DNA of 64,000 nucleotides from a virus, in IMG/VR virus record IMGVR_UViG_3300017917_002969, positions 1 to 64,000 of that record. One strand, written 5' to 3'. Below the pieces are notes generated by a model. The model did not search any database, was not told the origin of the DNA, and worked only from the letters and a program-made list of their open reading frames with translations. Shown in pieces: positions 7,378 to 15,916 of the stretch; position 1 is the first letter of the stretch; each line of letters opens with the position of its first letter. A program made the position numbers and the translations under genes.

Positions 7378-9832
7378 TATGAAACCATATAGTGAAGAAA
7401 AAAGTGGTAATATAATTAGAAGAACTTTCTCAAACCTTGTTGAAAGCGAGGAATTGGTATGGCATCGTGATAAAGAAGACAGAATTGTAATTCCTTTAAA
7501 TGAAAATGATTGGTTGGTTCAATTTGACAATGAGCTGCCAAAAAAATTAAATGTTAATGAAGAATTTTTTATACCAAAAAACACTTTTCACAGAGTTATT
7601 AAGGGTTCTGGGGATTTGATGGTGGAGATTATTGAAACGAATTTTGATGATGATTTGGTTGTTTATGAAGCAATTGAAGAAGGAAAGAAGAAAAAGGGTA
7701 AAAAAGACGCTTGTTATCATAAAGTTAGAGCTAGATATGACGTATGGCCATCAGCTTATGCCTGTGTTCCAGAAAATACATCAAAAGCATTAACTAGAGA
7801 TGGTTGGAAACATGTGGATGAATTAAATATTGGTGATGAAATAATGACCTATAATATTGAAAACGATGAATTAGAATTTAAACCAATATTAAATCTCCAC
7901 AGATATAAAGATGTTAAAACAAATGTTGTTAGAAGTGGAAACAATGGCTTTATTTTTGAAGCGACAGATAACCATAAATGGGTTGTTAAATTACCAGAAA
8001 TTAAAGGAAATAGATTGCAAAAATATAATAGAGTAAACGATAAAGCTTTAATTGAGACTAGTGATTTATTAGCAAATAAAAATAATAAAAGTTTGGTTGT
8101 TTCAGCACCATATAATGGTGGTAATAATGTTAAGTTAGATGAAATATTTAAATATGGAACTAACTGGGTTAAATATATTTTAGATATAAGTAGTGAACAA
8201 AGACAAGCGTGGTTATTTAGTGCTATAGTTTATGATGGTAACCAACAAAAAGTAGAAAGATTAACCGAAAATATAAATAATATAGATGACCTAAATTGGC
8301 TATACACTGGTTCACATGGCAAACAATCTTTTGGTTTCAAACAAAAAGATATTGAACATAGAGACGCATTTTTGTTGTCAGCTTTTTTAAACTCTGGCTT
8401 AGTTACTTGGAAAAAAGCTAAAAATAAAGATATTTATTCATGTCATTATACTAGCAATAAACCCCTTAAAAACACATCTAATTTTAAATTAGTTAAAGAA
8501 AATATTTCAGATGTTTGGTGTCCAGAAACAGAAAATGGTACTTGGGTTATGATGCAAGAAACTGAAGGTCGTGGAATTATCACAATAACTGGAAATTCTG
8601 GTGCCCTTGTAAAGTGTCGTAAGGTTGGTGCTGCTAATTGGGGTAATAAGACAAACGAATCAGATGGTGAAAAAATTAATCCAGTTTTTGTAAAAGATTT
8701 TTTAACTGATTTTGGTGTATTAATTTCATTAAATTTTAGTCAAATTACAAAAATGGGTAAAGATTCTGATTCAACAAAAGAATTAGAAGAAATGATGAAA
8801 ACAATTAGAAAACCAATTATAAATGGACAAAATTATTTTGACTTTGTTAAAGATAACATAAATACAATAACTAACAACCCTAAAGTTTTATCAGCTTTAT
8901 TAGGTCAAGTTAGAAATTTATTGATTTATATTGAGCCTAGAGTAGAAAAATTTGTAAAAGACGGACCTGTAAAAATTATTGGTGGTGGTGAAGTTAACTA
9001 TAAAGAAAAGTGGTTAGAAAGAATTAATAAATTAAAAAATGAATATAAAAAAATTATCAATAATTCAGTTAAAGAAGAAACTTCGATTGAAGAAAAGTGG
9101 TCTGAAAAATACAAAAGAAGCATAGATTGCAACAATCCAAAAGGATTTAGTCAAAGAGCGCATTGCCAAGGCAGAAAGAAAACAAATGAATCTGAAGAAG
9201 ACACTAAAGAATTAATTAATTTGGCTCATAGTGCTATTACTAGAAAAAAAGGAAAGGATTATGCACCAGATGTTCATGAATTGCAAGCGTGGATTGATGC
9301 GTATTTAGCTAAAGATAAAAAAATGGATGAGGGAAAAAAGACTGATTTTTCTAAGGAAAAAGAACAAGGTCTTCACGGATGGTTTGCCAGACAAGGTGGT
9401 GAAGGAAAATCACAGGGTTGGGTAGATTGCAACACATGTAGGACAGATAAGGAAACTGGTAGGAAAAAATGCAAACCTTGTGGTAGAAAAGAAGGTGAAA
9501 ACAGAAAATATCCAGCTTGTAGACCAACACCTTCTGCTTGTGGAACACCTAAAAAAGGAAAAAGCTGGGGTAAAAAGGCTGGAAAGGCTAACGAAAACTT
9601 GTCATTACCAGAAAATTTGAGTATTTTTGTTGATAAAACACAAATTAAAAGTATTCTTAGAGAAACATTTAACCAAGAAGATACCATGACAGAACCAATG
9701 ACACAACCAGCGCCAGTTAAACCAAAAGAGGCCCCAACAAAGCCTTTTACTGAACCAGTTAAACCAAGTAGAAAGGATAAACCTTTTCTTCCAATGCCTA
9801 ATGTTCAACCAGACCCAAAAGCTAAAAAATAA
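7367..9832 (+). CDS. Modular polyprotein (cupin-like domain plus basic Cys-rich modules) containing an intein
   Basis: N-terminal WHRD..FIPKNTFHRVIKG cupin pattern; modules DACYHKV..WPSAYA/SGALVKCR, KWSEKYKRSIDC..HC, CNTC..CKPCGR..YPACRP, bounded by IEE/TNE/MDE. Confidence 0.75.
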   Translation: MKNNMKPYSEEKSGNIIRRTFSNLVESEELVWHRDKEDRIVIPLNENDWLVQFDNELPKKLNVNEEFFIPKNTFHRVIKGSGDLMVEIIETNFDDDLVVYEAIEEGKKKKGKKDACYHKVRARYDVWPSAYACVPENTSKALTRDGWKHVDELNIGDEIMTYNIENDELEFKPILNLHRYKDVKTNVVRSGNNGFIFEATDNHKWVVKLPEIKGNRLQKYNRVNDKALIETSDLLANKNNKSLVVSAPYNGGNNVKLDEIFKYGTNWVKYILDISSEQRQAWLFSAIVYDGNQQKVERLTENINNIDDLNWLYTGSHGKQSFGFKQKDIEHRDAFLLSAFLNSGLVTWKKAKNKDIYSCHYTSNKPLKNTSNFKLVKENISDVWCPETENGTWVMMQETEGRGIITITGNSGALVKCRKVGAANWGNKTNESDGEKINPVFVKDFLTDFGVLISLNFSQITKMGKDSDSTKELEEMMKTIRKPIINGQNYFDFVKDNINTITNNPKVLSALLGQVRNLLIYIEPRVEKFVKDGPVKIIGGGEVNYKEKWLERINKLKNEYKKIINNSVKEETSIEEKWSEKYKRSIDCNNPKGFSQRAHCQGRKKTNESEEDTKELINLAHSAITRKKGKDYAPDVHELQAWIDAYLAKDKKMDEGKKTDFSKEKEQGLHGWFARQGGEGKSQGWVDCNTCRTDKETGRKKCKPCGRKEGENRKYPACRPTPSACGTPKKGKSWGKKAGKANENLSLPENLSIFVDKTQIKSILRETFNQEDTMTEPMTQPAPVKPKEAPTKPFTEPVKPSRKDKPFLPMPNVQPDPKAKK
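7763..8596 (+). mobile_element. Intein (278 aa) with degenerate LAGLIDADG-like region
   Basis: Starts CVPENTSKALTRDGWK; block B TDNHKW; block F VWCPET; ends ITGN followed by Ser+1; AWLFSAIVYDG remnant. Confidence 0.85.
9599..9629 (+). promoter_or_regulatory. Bacteroidota-type promoter embedded in CDS
   Basis: TTG-N20-TATTTTTG. Confidence 0.4.
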
Positions 9833-10245
9833 TGGATAAGCTATTTTTGATATATGTTAATATGGTTGGTAAGAATTACAAGGGTGATTATTTATATGAG
9901 TTCATCTTTAGTGATACTACCAAAAATATTGACGGTAATGAGTGGGACACATTTCCAGCTTCTGGTCGACCAGAGGCACCTCATGACCATTTTATCAAAA
10001 AAGTTGGTAGACTTGAATCTGACTTAAAATTAGATGTTATTCAAAATAGTGATACATTTGCTGTTTGGGATGCTGTTGATGGTGTGATAGCTTTGGCTTG
10101 GGAGAACATAAATGCTTATGATTCATACCCAGATAAAAGACTTTGTTTTAGATTTGGCGAACCAATTAAAGATGTTGAGGCCAAACTATATGAAAAAGAC
10201 CTAATACTTAATTATAATAAACAATATCATGGAGAAACAAACTAA
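9832..10245 (+). CDS. Hypothetical phage protein
   Basis: 137-aa ORF coupled to the upstream gene (TAATG). Confidence 0.75.
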   Translation: MDKLFLIYVNMVGKNYKGDYLYEFIFSDTTKNIDGNEWDTFPASGRPEAPHDHFIKKVGRLESDLKLDVIQNSDTFAVWDAVDGVIALAWENINAYDSYPDKRLCFRFGEPIKDVEAKLYEKDLILNYNKQYHGETN

Positions 10246-11221
10246 ACACATATCAGAAGACGATAAATTCAAGATTCACGTTGATAAAAAAACGCTTGAA
10301 GACCCTAACAAAACAAAAGAATTGGTTAGACTTGGTAAGAGAAACCCAAATATTGAATTTGATTTGGAGCATCCAGCAATTTCAAAGACTAGTTCATCAA
10401 TGATTTCAAGTTCTATGATGAAAGAACAACCAGAAGCCGTTATTAAACCGCAAGACCAAGCGACATTAAAATATTTGTCAAATGTTGTTGATAACAAAAC
10501 TGGTGAAATATCACAACCATTTACAATTGGTGACAAAAAGTACCAAATGGTTAGAGGTATCACACCAGACAAAAACGTAATGCTAGGGGTGTATTGTTTT
10601 GATGATGTTGACGACAATGGTGAAAATATTATTCATCCAAGTGATTATTTTGAAAAGACTATCGCTTTACCAATGAAAGAAATGTTGGAGAAAGAATCAA
10701 TGTATTCAGAAAAAAGTTCAGATAGTGAAACTACTTTAGGTTTAAGCGAATACAAACACTATATTGTTAATGAAAAAACTGGTAAATTTAGAAAATTCAA
10801 AACTATCGAAGAATTGGCCAAGGCTAATATGATGGATGAAGAAAGATACATGAATATTAAAGAGTTCAAAAAGTATTTTGAAGGAAAGGTTTTTGGTTCT
10901 AAAAAACAAGTTATGTTTGAAGTTACACCAACTGGTGGTGAAAACGATGAAGAAATGAATGCAAAAGCAAAAAAGCTTATGCAAATAATTCAAAAAAGAA
11001 TTCCATCAAATATTATTGATACAATTAAAACACCTGTTGCTCAAAGAGAAGTTATTGCCGCTTTTGCTGAAATGATAGGTGTTCCTAGAAATGGTTTGTC
11101 TAAATTAATTTCTGGTTTAAAAGATATAGCCATTGGTCAAGGAAAACAACCTGAGCCAACACAACCACAACAAGGTTTGACAGAAAATAAAAAGATTATT
11201 AAAGTAAAAGATATACAATAA
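10229..11221 (+). CDS. Hypothetical protein, probably head-associated
   Basis: 330 aa; ISE/MKE/LTE linkers; C-terminal LTENKKIIKVKD. Confidence 0.7.
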   Translation: MEKQTKHISEDDKFKIHVDKKTLEDPNKTKELVRLGKRNPNIEFDLEHPAISKTSSSMISSSMMKEQPEAVIKPQDQATLKYLSNVVDNKTGEISQPFTIGDKKYQMVRGITPDKNVMLGVYCFDDVDDNGENIIHPSDYFEKTIALPMKEMLEKESMYSEKSSDSETTLGLSEYKHYIVNEKTGKFRKFKTIEELAKANMMDEERYMNIKEFKKYFEGKVFGSKKQVMFEVTPTGGENDEEMNAKAKKLMQIIQKRIPSNIIDTIKTPVAQREVIAAFAEMIGVPRNGLSKLISGLKDIAIGQGKQPEPTQPQQGLTENKKIIKVKDIQ

Positions 11222-12495
11222 TGGCTGATTACAAAAAAATAGTTGAATCTGCATTGAAAAAGGCTAATAAGGGAAAGTCACTTAATGAAGGTGTTCTTTA
11301 TCCAGAAAATATTACCGAAAGAATGCATTCATCTTTAGAAGAAGATTTAAAAAACAGACATCATTCTTTGGGTAAACACCCTGTTTTCCCAGATGATGAT
11401 GAATCTACCTTTGAAGAAAAAATAATGGGTGAAAGATTCAAAGAAGTTGTTAATCGTTACAAGAGAGCCTTTGATGTTGATTCAATAAGCAATACTCATG
11501 CAATGAAAGAAATGATGCCATTGGTATATGAAACAATGGGTCTTGAAAACAAACACAGAAAAGAACTTGAGAAATTGGCTGAGAGAATGGTTAGAGAAGA
11601 ATTTAATATGAGCGAAGACATCGTTGAAATTCACGCTGAATTGACTCCAGAAATCAATATGGAAGGTACCAAGAAGAATCCTAAACCGATGGCAAATGAA
11701 ACACAGTTTAAAAACCATGATGAAATGGTTTCTGCCAAAGAAGAAGTTTACAAGAGAAGATTCTTGAACGCAATGACACAAGGTGCAGCAAAGAAAACAA
11801 ACCACATGTTTCATATGGTTGATGAGGAATTGACTGATTTGGACCCAAGACTTCCAAATAAGTATTCTAAGATGATGGCAGCTGCTGATTATATGTATTA
11901 TATTGTACCAGCGATGGAAAAGGGTGTTAGCGGAGGCGTTGTTAGAGTTCAATTTCCAACAGCATCAAACCCTAAAGCTGTTATTTATGCACAAGCAATG
12001 GTGTTTCCAGTTCTTATTCATGAATTGGTTAAAGGTGTGATGGAATTGATGTCAGCACATGGTTTGCCAAAGAACAAAAGAGTTGGCCAATATGTGATTG
12101 ATAAAGCAGACTTTTTAGCTGCTGAACCATGGGATATGAGACTTGGGCCAGCATTATGGTCAAGATTTACCAACATGATTGACCCAGATGATTTTCATTT
12201 AAAGCATCATTTGTATACTGAATTAGCAGCAATGCCAGTTAGAGAGTTTAATACAAAGATGAGAGAGATTATGGCTGGCACCAAAGAAGGTCAAAAAATA
12301 ATCAAAGGAATACTTGACGAAGTTAAGATTGGTTTGAATGAAGATGAGTTTAACGAAGCAATAAATAAATTAGACGATACTACGGAAACACAAGCTCCTA
12401 CAGATGAAAAATCAAGCTACAGGTTTGATGAATTGTTTGGAGGTATGGATGAAGATGACACATCAGAAGGATATGATTTTGATGAATTATTCTAA
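11221..12495 (+). CDS. Hypothetical protein with HELVKG (zincin-like, degenerate) motif
   Basis: 424 aa; IYAQAMVFPVLIHELVKGVMEL; acidic tail; directly upstream of terL. Confidence 0.75.
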   Translation: MADYKKIVESALKKANKGKSLNEGVLYPENITERMHSSLEEDLKNRHHSLGKHPVFPDDDESTFEEKIMGERFKEVVNRYKRAFDVDSISNTHAMKEMMPLVYETMGLENKHRKELEKLAERMVREEFNMSEDIVEIHAELTPEINMEGTKKNPKPMANETQFKNHDEMVSAKEEVYKRRFLNAMTQGAAKKTNHMFHMVDEELTDLDPRLPNKYSKMMAAADYMYYIVPAMEKGVSGGVVRVQFPTASNPKAVIYAQAMVFPVLIHELVKGVMELMSAHGLPKNKRVGQYVIDKADFLAAEPWDMRLGPALWSRFTNMIDPDDFHLKHHLYTELAAMPVREFNTKMREIMAGTKEGQKIIKGILDEVKIGLNEDEFNEAINKLDDTTETQAPTDEKSSYRFDELFGGMDEDDTSEGYDFDELF

Positions 12496-12521
12496 ATAAG
12501 GGCCCTTTTAGGGCCTTTATT
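12495..12521. terminator. Stem-loop terminator
   Basis: aataagggccct-ttt-agggcctttatt. Confidence 0.7.
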
Positions 12522-12551
12522 CGTTATTGGCATATTTATAGATAAAATAAT

Positions 12552-15500
12552 ATGCTAACAAAAACAGAGATATTTAAAGAGTATGCGAAGTGTTTGGCTA
12601 GTCCTATCTATGCGATAGAGACTTATCTAGAAACATTCGACAAAACTCAAGAAGGCTTTGTTCCGTTTAAGTTATTCCCAAGACAGAAGGAAATCATACA
12701 TGCTTATGATAAGCATAGGTTTAACCTTATAACCAAACCAAGACAAGCTGGGGTTTCTACAACAACAGCTGCATACATGTCTATTAAGGTTGGTTTTGCC
12801 GATGTAGATAACCCAGAAGCGGTACTAATTATTGCGAACAAACAAGAATTGGCGTTTGAATTCTTAGCCAAGATTAAAGATTTTGTTTCCCAGTTACCTA
12901 GATGGGTTTGGGGAAGCGAATATTACGGAAGCAACAAAAATGAAGAGAAATCAATATTTTTAACAGATTCTAAGAAAGAAATTAAATTGCCTAACGGTAG
13001 TCGTGTAAAGGCAGTTGCCACATCTAAAGATGCGTTGCGTGGTTTTACACCAACATATCTTGTAATGGATGAGGCCGCTTATATTGATAATGGCGCTGAG
13101 GTATTTGGTGCCGCTTTAACTGCGTTAGGTACGGGTGGTAAAGCAACACTTATTTCCACTCCACGTGGTATGGATGCTCTTTATTATAAAACATACGACC
13201 AAGCAAAGAAAAAAGAAAACAACTTCAACATCATTGAGATGAAATGGTATGAAGATTTGCGATACAATAAAGACTTGCGTTGGATTAAGAATGATGTAAT
13301 TGAACCAGAAGTTGAATTTACATTTGGTTCTTATAACCAAAGAATAAGCGAAGGGTGGAAACCCACATCATCTTGGTATGAGGAAATGTGTCGTGGTATG
13401 AACAATGATGCTAAGATGATTGCACAAGAATTGGACGTATCATTTATTGGTTCTGGTGGTAATGTTATTGATGAAGAATACATTGATTTTCAGAACAAAA
13501 ACAATGTTAAAGAACCTTTATATACTGCTGGACCAGAAGGTGAAATATGGATTTGGGCTGAGCCACAAGAAGGTCATCAATACATCATGGGTTGTTTACC
13601 ACCAAATGAAAAAGTGTTAACAAATAATGGGTTAAAAAACATACAAGACGTTGAATTAGATGATATGTTGGTTAGCGAAAATGGTGAATATGTTAACATT
13701 ATTAACAAACAAATTTATCCAGTCATTAATGAAGACATATTTGAAGTTCAAATAGATAATACTTTTAGAACAACAACTTTTACTAAGGAACACCCATTAT
13801 TGGTTAGTAAACCAATACTTAAAAGAAATTATGACAAAAAAAATAATCTTTATAAATTTAACGAGAGATATTGGGATTTTAATTTTAATTTCACTAGAAT
13901 GGAAGAGGTTGAAATTGGAGATTGGGTTAAAGTCCCTAATATTTATAAAAAAGAATTTACTAGTATTTTAGATAATAAATGGTTTATTACGAAAAATATT
14001 AGAAACGATTTTAATATAGCCTCACCATTAAATGATAAAGATTTTTGGTGGTTTATAGGTGTGTGGTTAGGTGATGGATGGTTAGGTAAATTAAATGATA
14101 GTCATACTATATCTATCTGTTTTGATTCTAAAGATGATTATTATTTGAATAAGACAAATGAATTAATTATTAGATTATTTGATAGGTCACCTTCATTTAT
14201 TGATAGAGGTAAAAACACTTTTGAATTGGTGTTCAATTCAAAATTTCTTTACTATTTCATATTAGAAAATTTCGGTCAATATTCTAATGGTAAGAAAATA
14301 AATGAATGGGTTAAATTCATCCCTAAAGATTTTAAAATTGAATTGATTAAAGGTTATTTGGCTAGTGATGGTTCTTGGTTTAAAACTGAAAAAAATGGTA
14401 AGGTAAATTCTAAAATAAGCTTTATTAGTATAAATTTAGAATTATTAGAATCAATTCAAGATATAATATTTTCGTTGGGGGTGATATCGTCATTAAATAA
14501 GTTAAGAAGCGCTAGTAATAGTCATCATATACAAGGCAAACTAGTAAACCAAAAAGAAGCATATAACTTATGTTTGTCCAACCAAGATAGTTTAGATTTG
14601 ATTAATTTATTAAATAATGATGTTTTAGACCCTAAATTAAATAGATTTAAGTTAGATGAATTTAAGACTATTAATAATAGAACTATAAAATCTTGTCATT
14701 TTAGTAAAGATAAAGATTTTATTTATTTTAAAATTAAAAATATTAATAAGAATAAATTTACTGGAAATGTTTATAATTTTGAATGCGATACACACACATT
14801 TATGTGTCATCATATAACAACACATAATTGTGATGTGTCAAGAGGTGATGGAGAGGATTCATCTACAATGGTTATTCTTGATTTTACAACAATGGAACAA
14901 GTTGTTGAATACCAAGGAAAGATACAACCAGATTTGCTAGCTCAAATTGTTGAAGAATACGGAAACCTATACGAAGCATATACGGTTGTCGATGTTACTG
15001 GTGGTATGGGTGTTTCAACGGTTTTAAAGCTTCTTGAGTTCAATTACAAGAGACTTCACTATGATAATCAAAACGGTAAGGTCTTATCTTCAAAACAGAG
15101 AGAATTGTCAAATTATAATAAAGACAATAAAATACCAGGGTTTCACGCAACATCGGTTCGTTTGCCAATGATTTCAAACTTTGAATACAAAATTAGGACT
15201 GATGCTGTTAAGATTCGTTCTGTTAGAATGACATCAGAGATGAAAACATTTATCTATAAGAACGGTAGACCAGACCATATGGAAGGTTATCATGATGATT
15301 TAATTATGGCTATGGCTATGTGTTTATGGGTTGTTGAACATTCATTCAAAAATCTAGAACGTCTTGAGAAGCAGAATAAAGCAATGTTAAGCAGCTGGGT
15401 TATTGGTGGTTCTAATACAATAAAACCAGAATATAAAGCTAATACAACTGATAATCAACCAGTGAATAATAAACCAACAGTTATTAGTAGTTGGATGATT

Positions 15501-15602
15501 GGTGGTGAAAATAAAACCAAACCAAGGGCTAACACATTTGTGAGCAAGAATTTGCAAGACCCAACTGGTCAGTATTCTTGGTTGTTTGGAAGCAAAAAAT
15601 AA
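12552..15602 (+). CDS. terL: Terminase large subunit (T4 gp17-like), intein-containing
   Basis: KPRQAGVST Walker A, LVMDEAA Walker B, LISTPRG, QELD, nuclease G/CDVSRG..DSS and HDDLIMA. Confidence 0.95.
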   Translation: MLTKTEIFKEYAKCLASPIYAIETYLETFDKTQEGFVPFKLFPRQKEIIHAYDKHRFNLITKPRQAGVSTTTAAYMSIKVGFADVDNPEAVLIIANKQELAFEFLAKIKDFVSQLPRWVWGSEYYGSNKNEEKSIFLTDSKKEIKLPNGSRVKAVATSKDALRGFTPTYLVMDEAAYIDNGAEVFGAALTALGTGGKATLISTPRGMDALYYKTYDQAKKKENNFNIIEMKWYEDLRYNKDLRWIKNDVIEPEVEFTFGSYNQRISEGWKPTSSWYEEMCRGMNNDAKMIAQELDVSFIGSGGNVIDEEYIDFQNKNNVKEPLYTAGPEGEIWIWAEPQEGHQYIMGCLPPNEKVLTNNGLKNIQDVELDDMLVSENGEYVNIINKQIYPVINEDIFEVQIDNTFRTTTFTKEHPLLVSKPILKRNYDKKNNLYKFNERYWDFNFNFTRMEEVEIGDWVKVPNIYKKEFTSILDNKWFITKNIRNDFNIASPLNDKDFWWFIGVWLGDGWLGKLNDSHTISICFDSKDDYYLNKTNELIIRLFDRSPSFIDRGKNTFELVFNSKFLYYFILENFGQYSNGKKINEWVKFIPKDFKIELIKGYLASDGSWFKTEKNGKVNSKISFISINLELLESIQDIIFSLGVISSLNKLRSASNSHHIQGKLVNQKEAYNLCLSNQDSLDLINLLNNDVLDPKLNRFKLDEFKTINNRTIKSCHFSKDKDFIYFKIKNINKNKFTGNVYNFECDTHTFMCHHITTHNCDVSRGDGEDSSTMVILDFTTMEQVVEYQGKIQPDLLAQIVEEYGNLYEAYTVVDVTGGMGVSTVLKLLEFNYKRLHYDNQNGKVLSSKQRELSNYNKDNKIPGFHATSVRLPMISNFEYKIRTDAVKIRSVRMTSEMKTFIYKNGRPDHMEGYHDDLIMAMAMCLWVVEHSFKNLERLEKQNKAMLSSWVIGGSNTIKPEYKANTTDNQPVNNKPTVISSWMIGGENKTKPRANTFVSKNLQDPTGQYSWLFGSKK
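13593..14828 (+). mobile_element. Intein with LAGLIDADG endonuclease (412 aa)
   Basis: CLPPNEKVLT start, TKEHP block B, IGVWLGDG and IKGYLASDG motifs, VYNFE..THN followed by Cys+1. Confidence 0.95.
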
Positions 15603-15610
15603 TTATTACT

Positions 15611-15874
15611 ATGTTACCAAGAAGAGATAGATGTCGTAGAGTATTCGTCAGCAAGGGTTATTTACCTCAATTATATAAATGGTCTCCAGGTTGTGAGACA
15701 TATAATCCACTTGAAGGGAATGTCGATAAAGTTAAAATAATTAACCCAAGTTTTTGTGATGCAACTCCTGGGTCACAAGGTCAAGATTGGATAAACACAT
15801 ATGTTTACAATATTTCTATGTTAAATTATGAAAGACAACGTTTGGCATATGTTGCATGTGACTATGTTGAATAA
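15611..15874 (+). CDS. Small hypothetical protein between terL and portal
   Basis: ATG at 15611 just after the terL stop. Confidence 0.6.
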   Translation: MLPRRDRCRRVFVSKGYLPQLYKWSPGCETYNPLEGNVDKVKIINPSFCDATPGSQGQDWINTYVYNISMLNYERQRLAYVACDYVE

Positions 15875-15916
15875 CCTTTATTTTTAATAAAAAAACACTA
15901 TACTAAAAGAAAAAAT

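Noticed and set aside
13159-13170. Second CCACGTGG palindrome as parS
   Set aside because: Only the 8-bp core matches and it lies in the terL STPRG codons.
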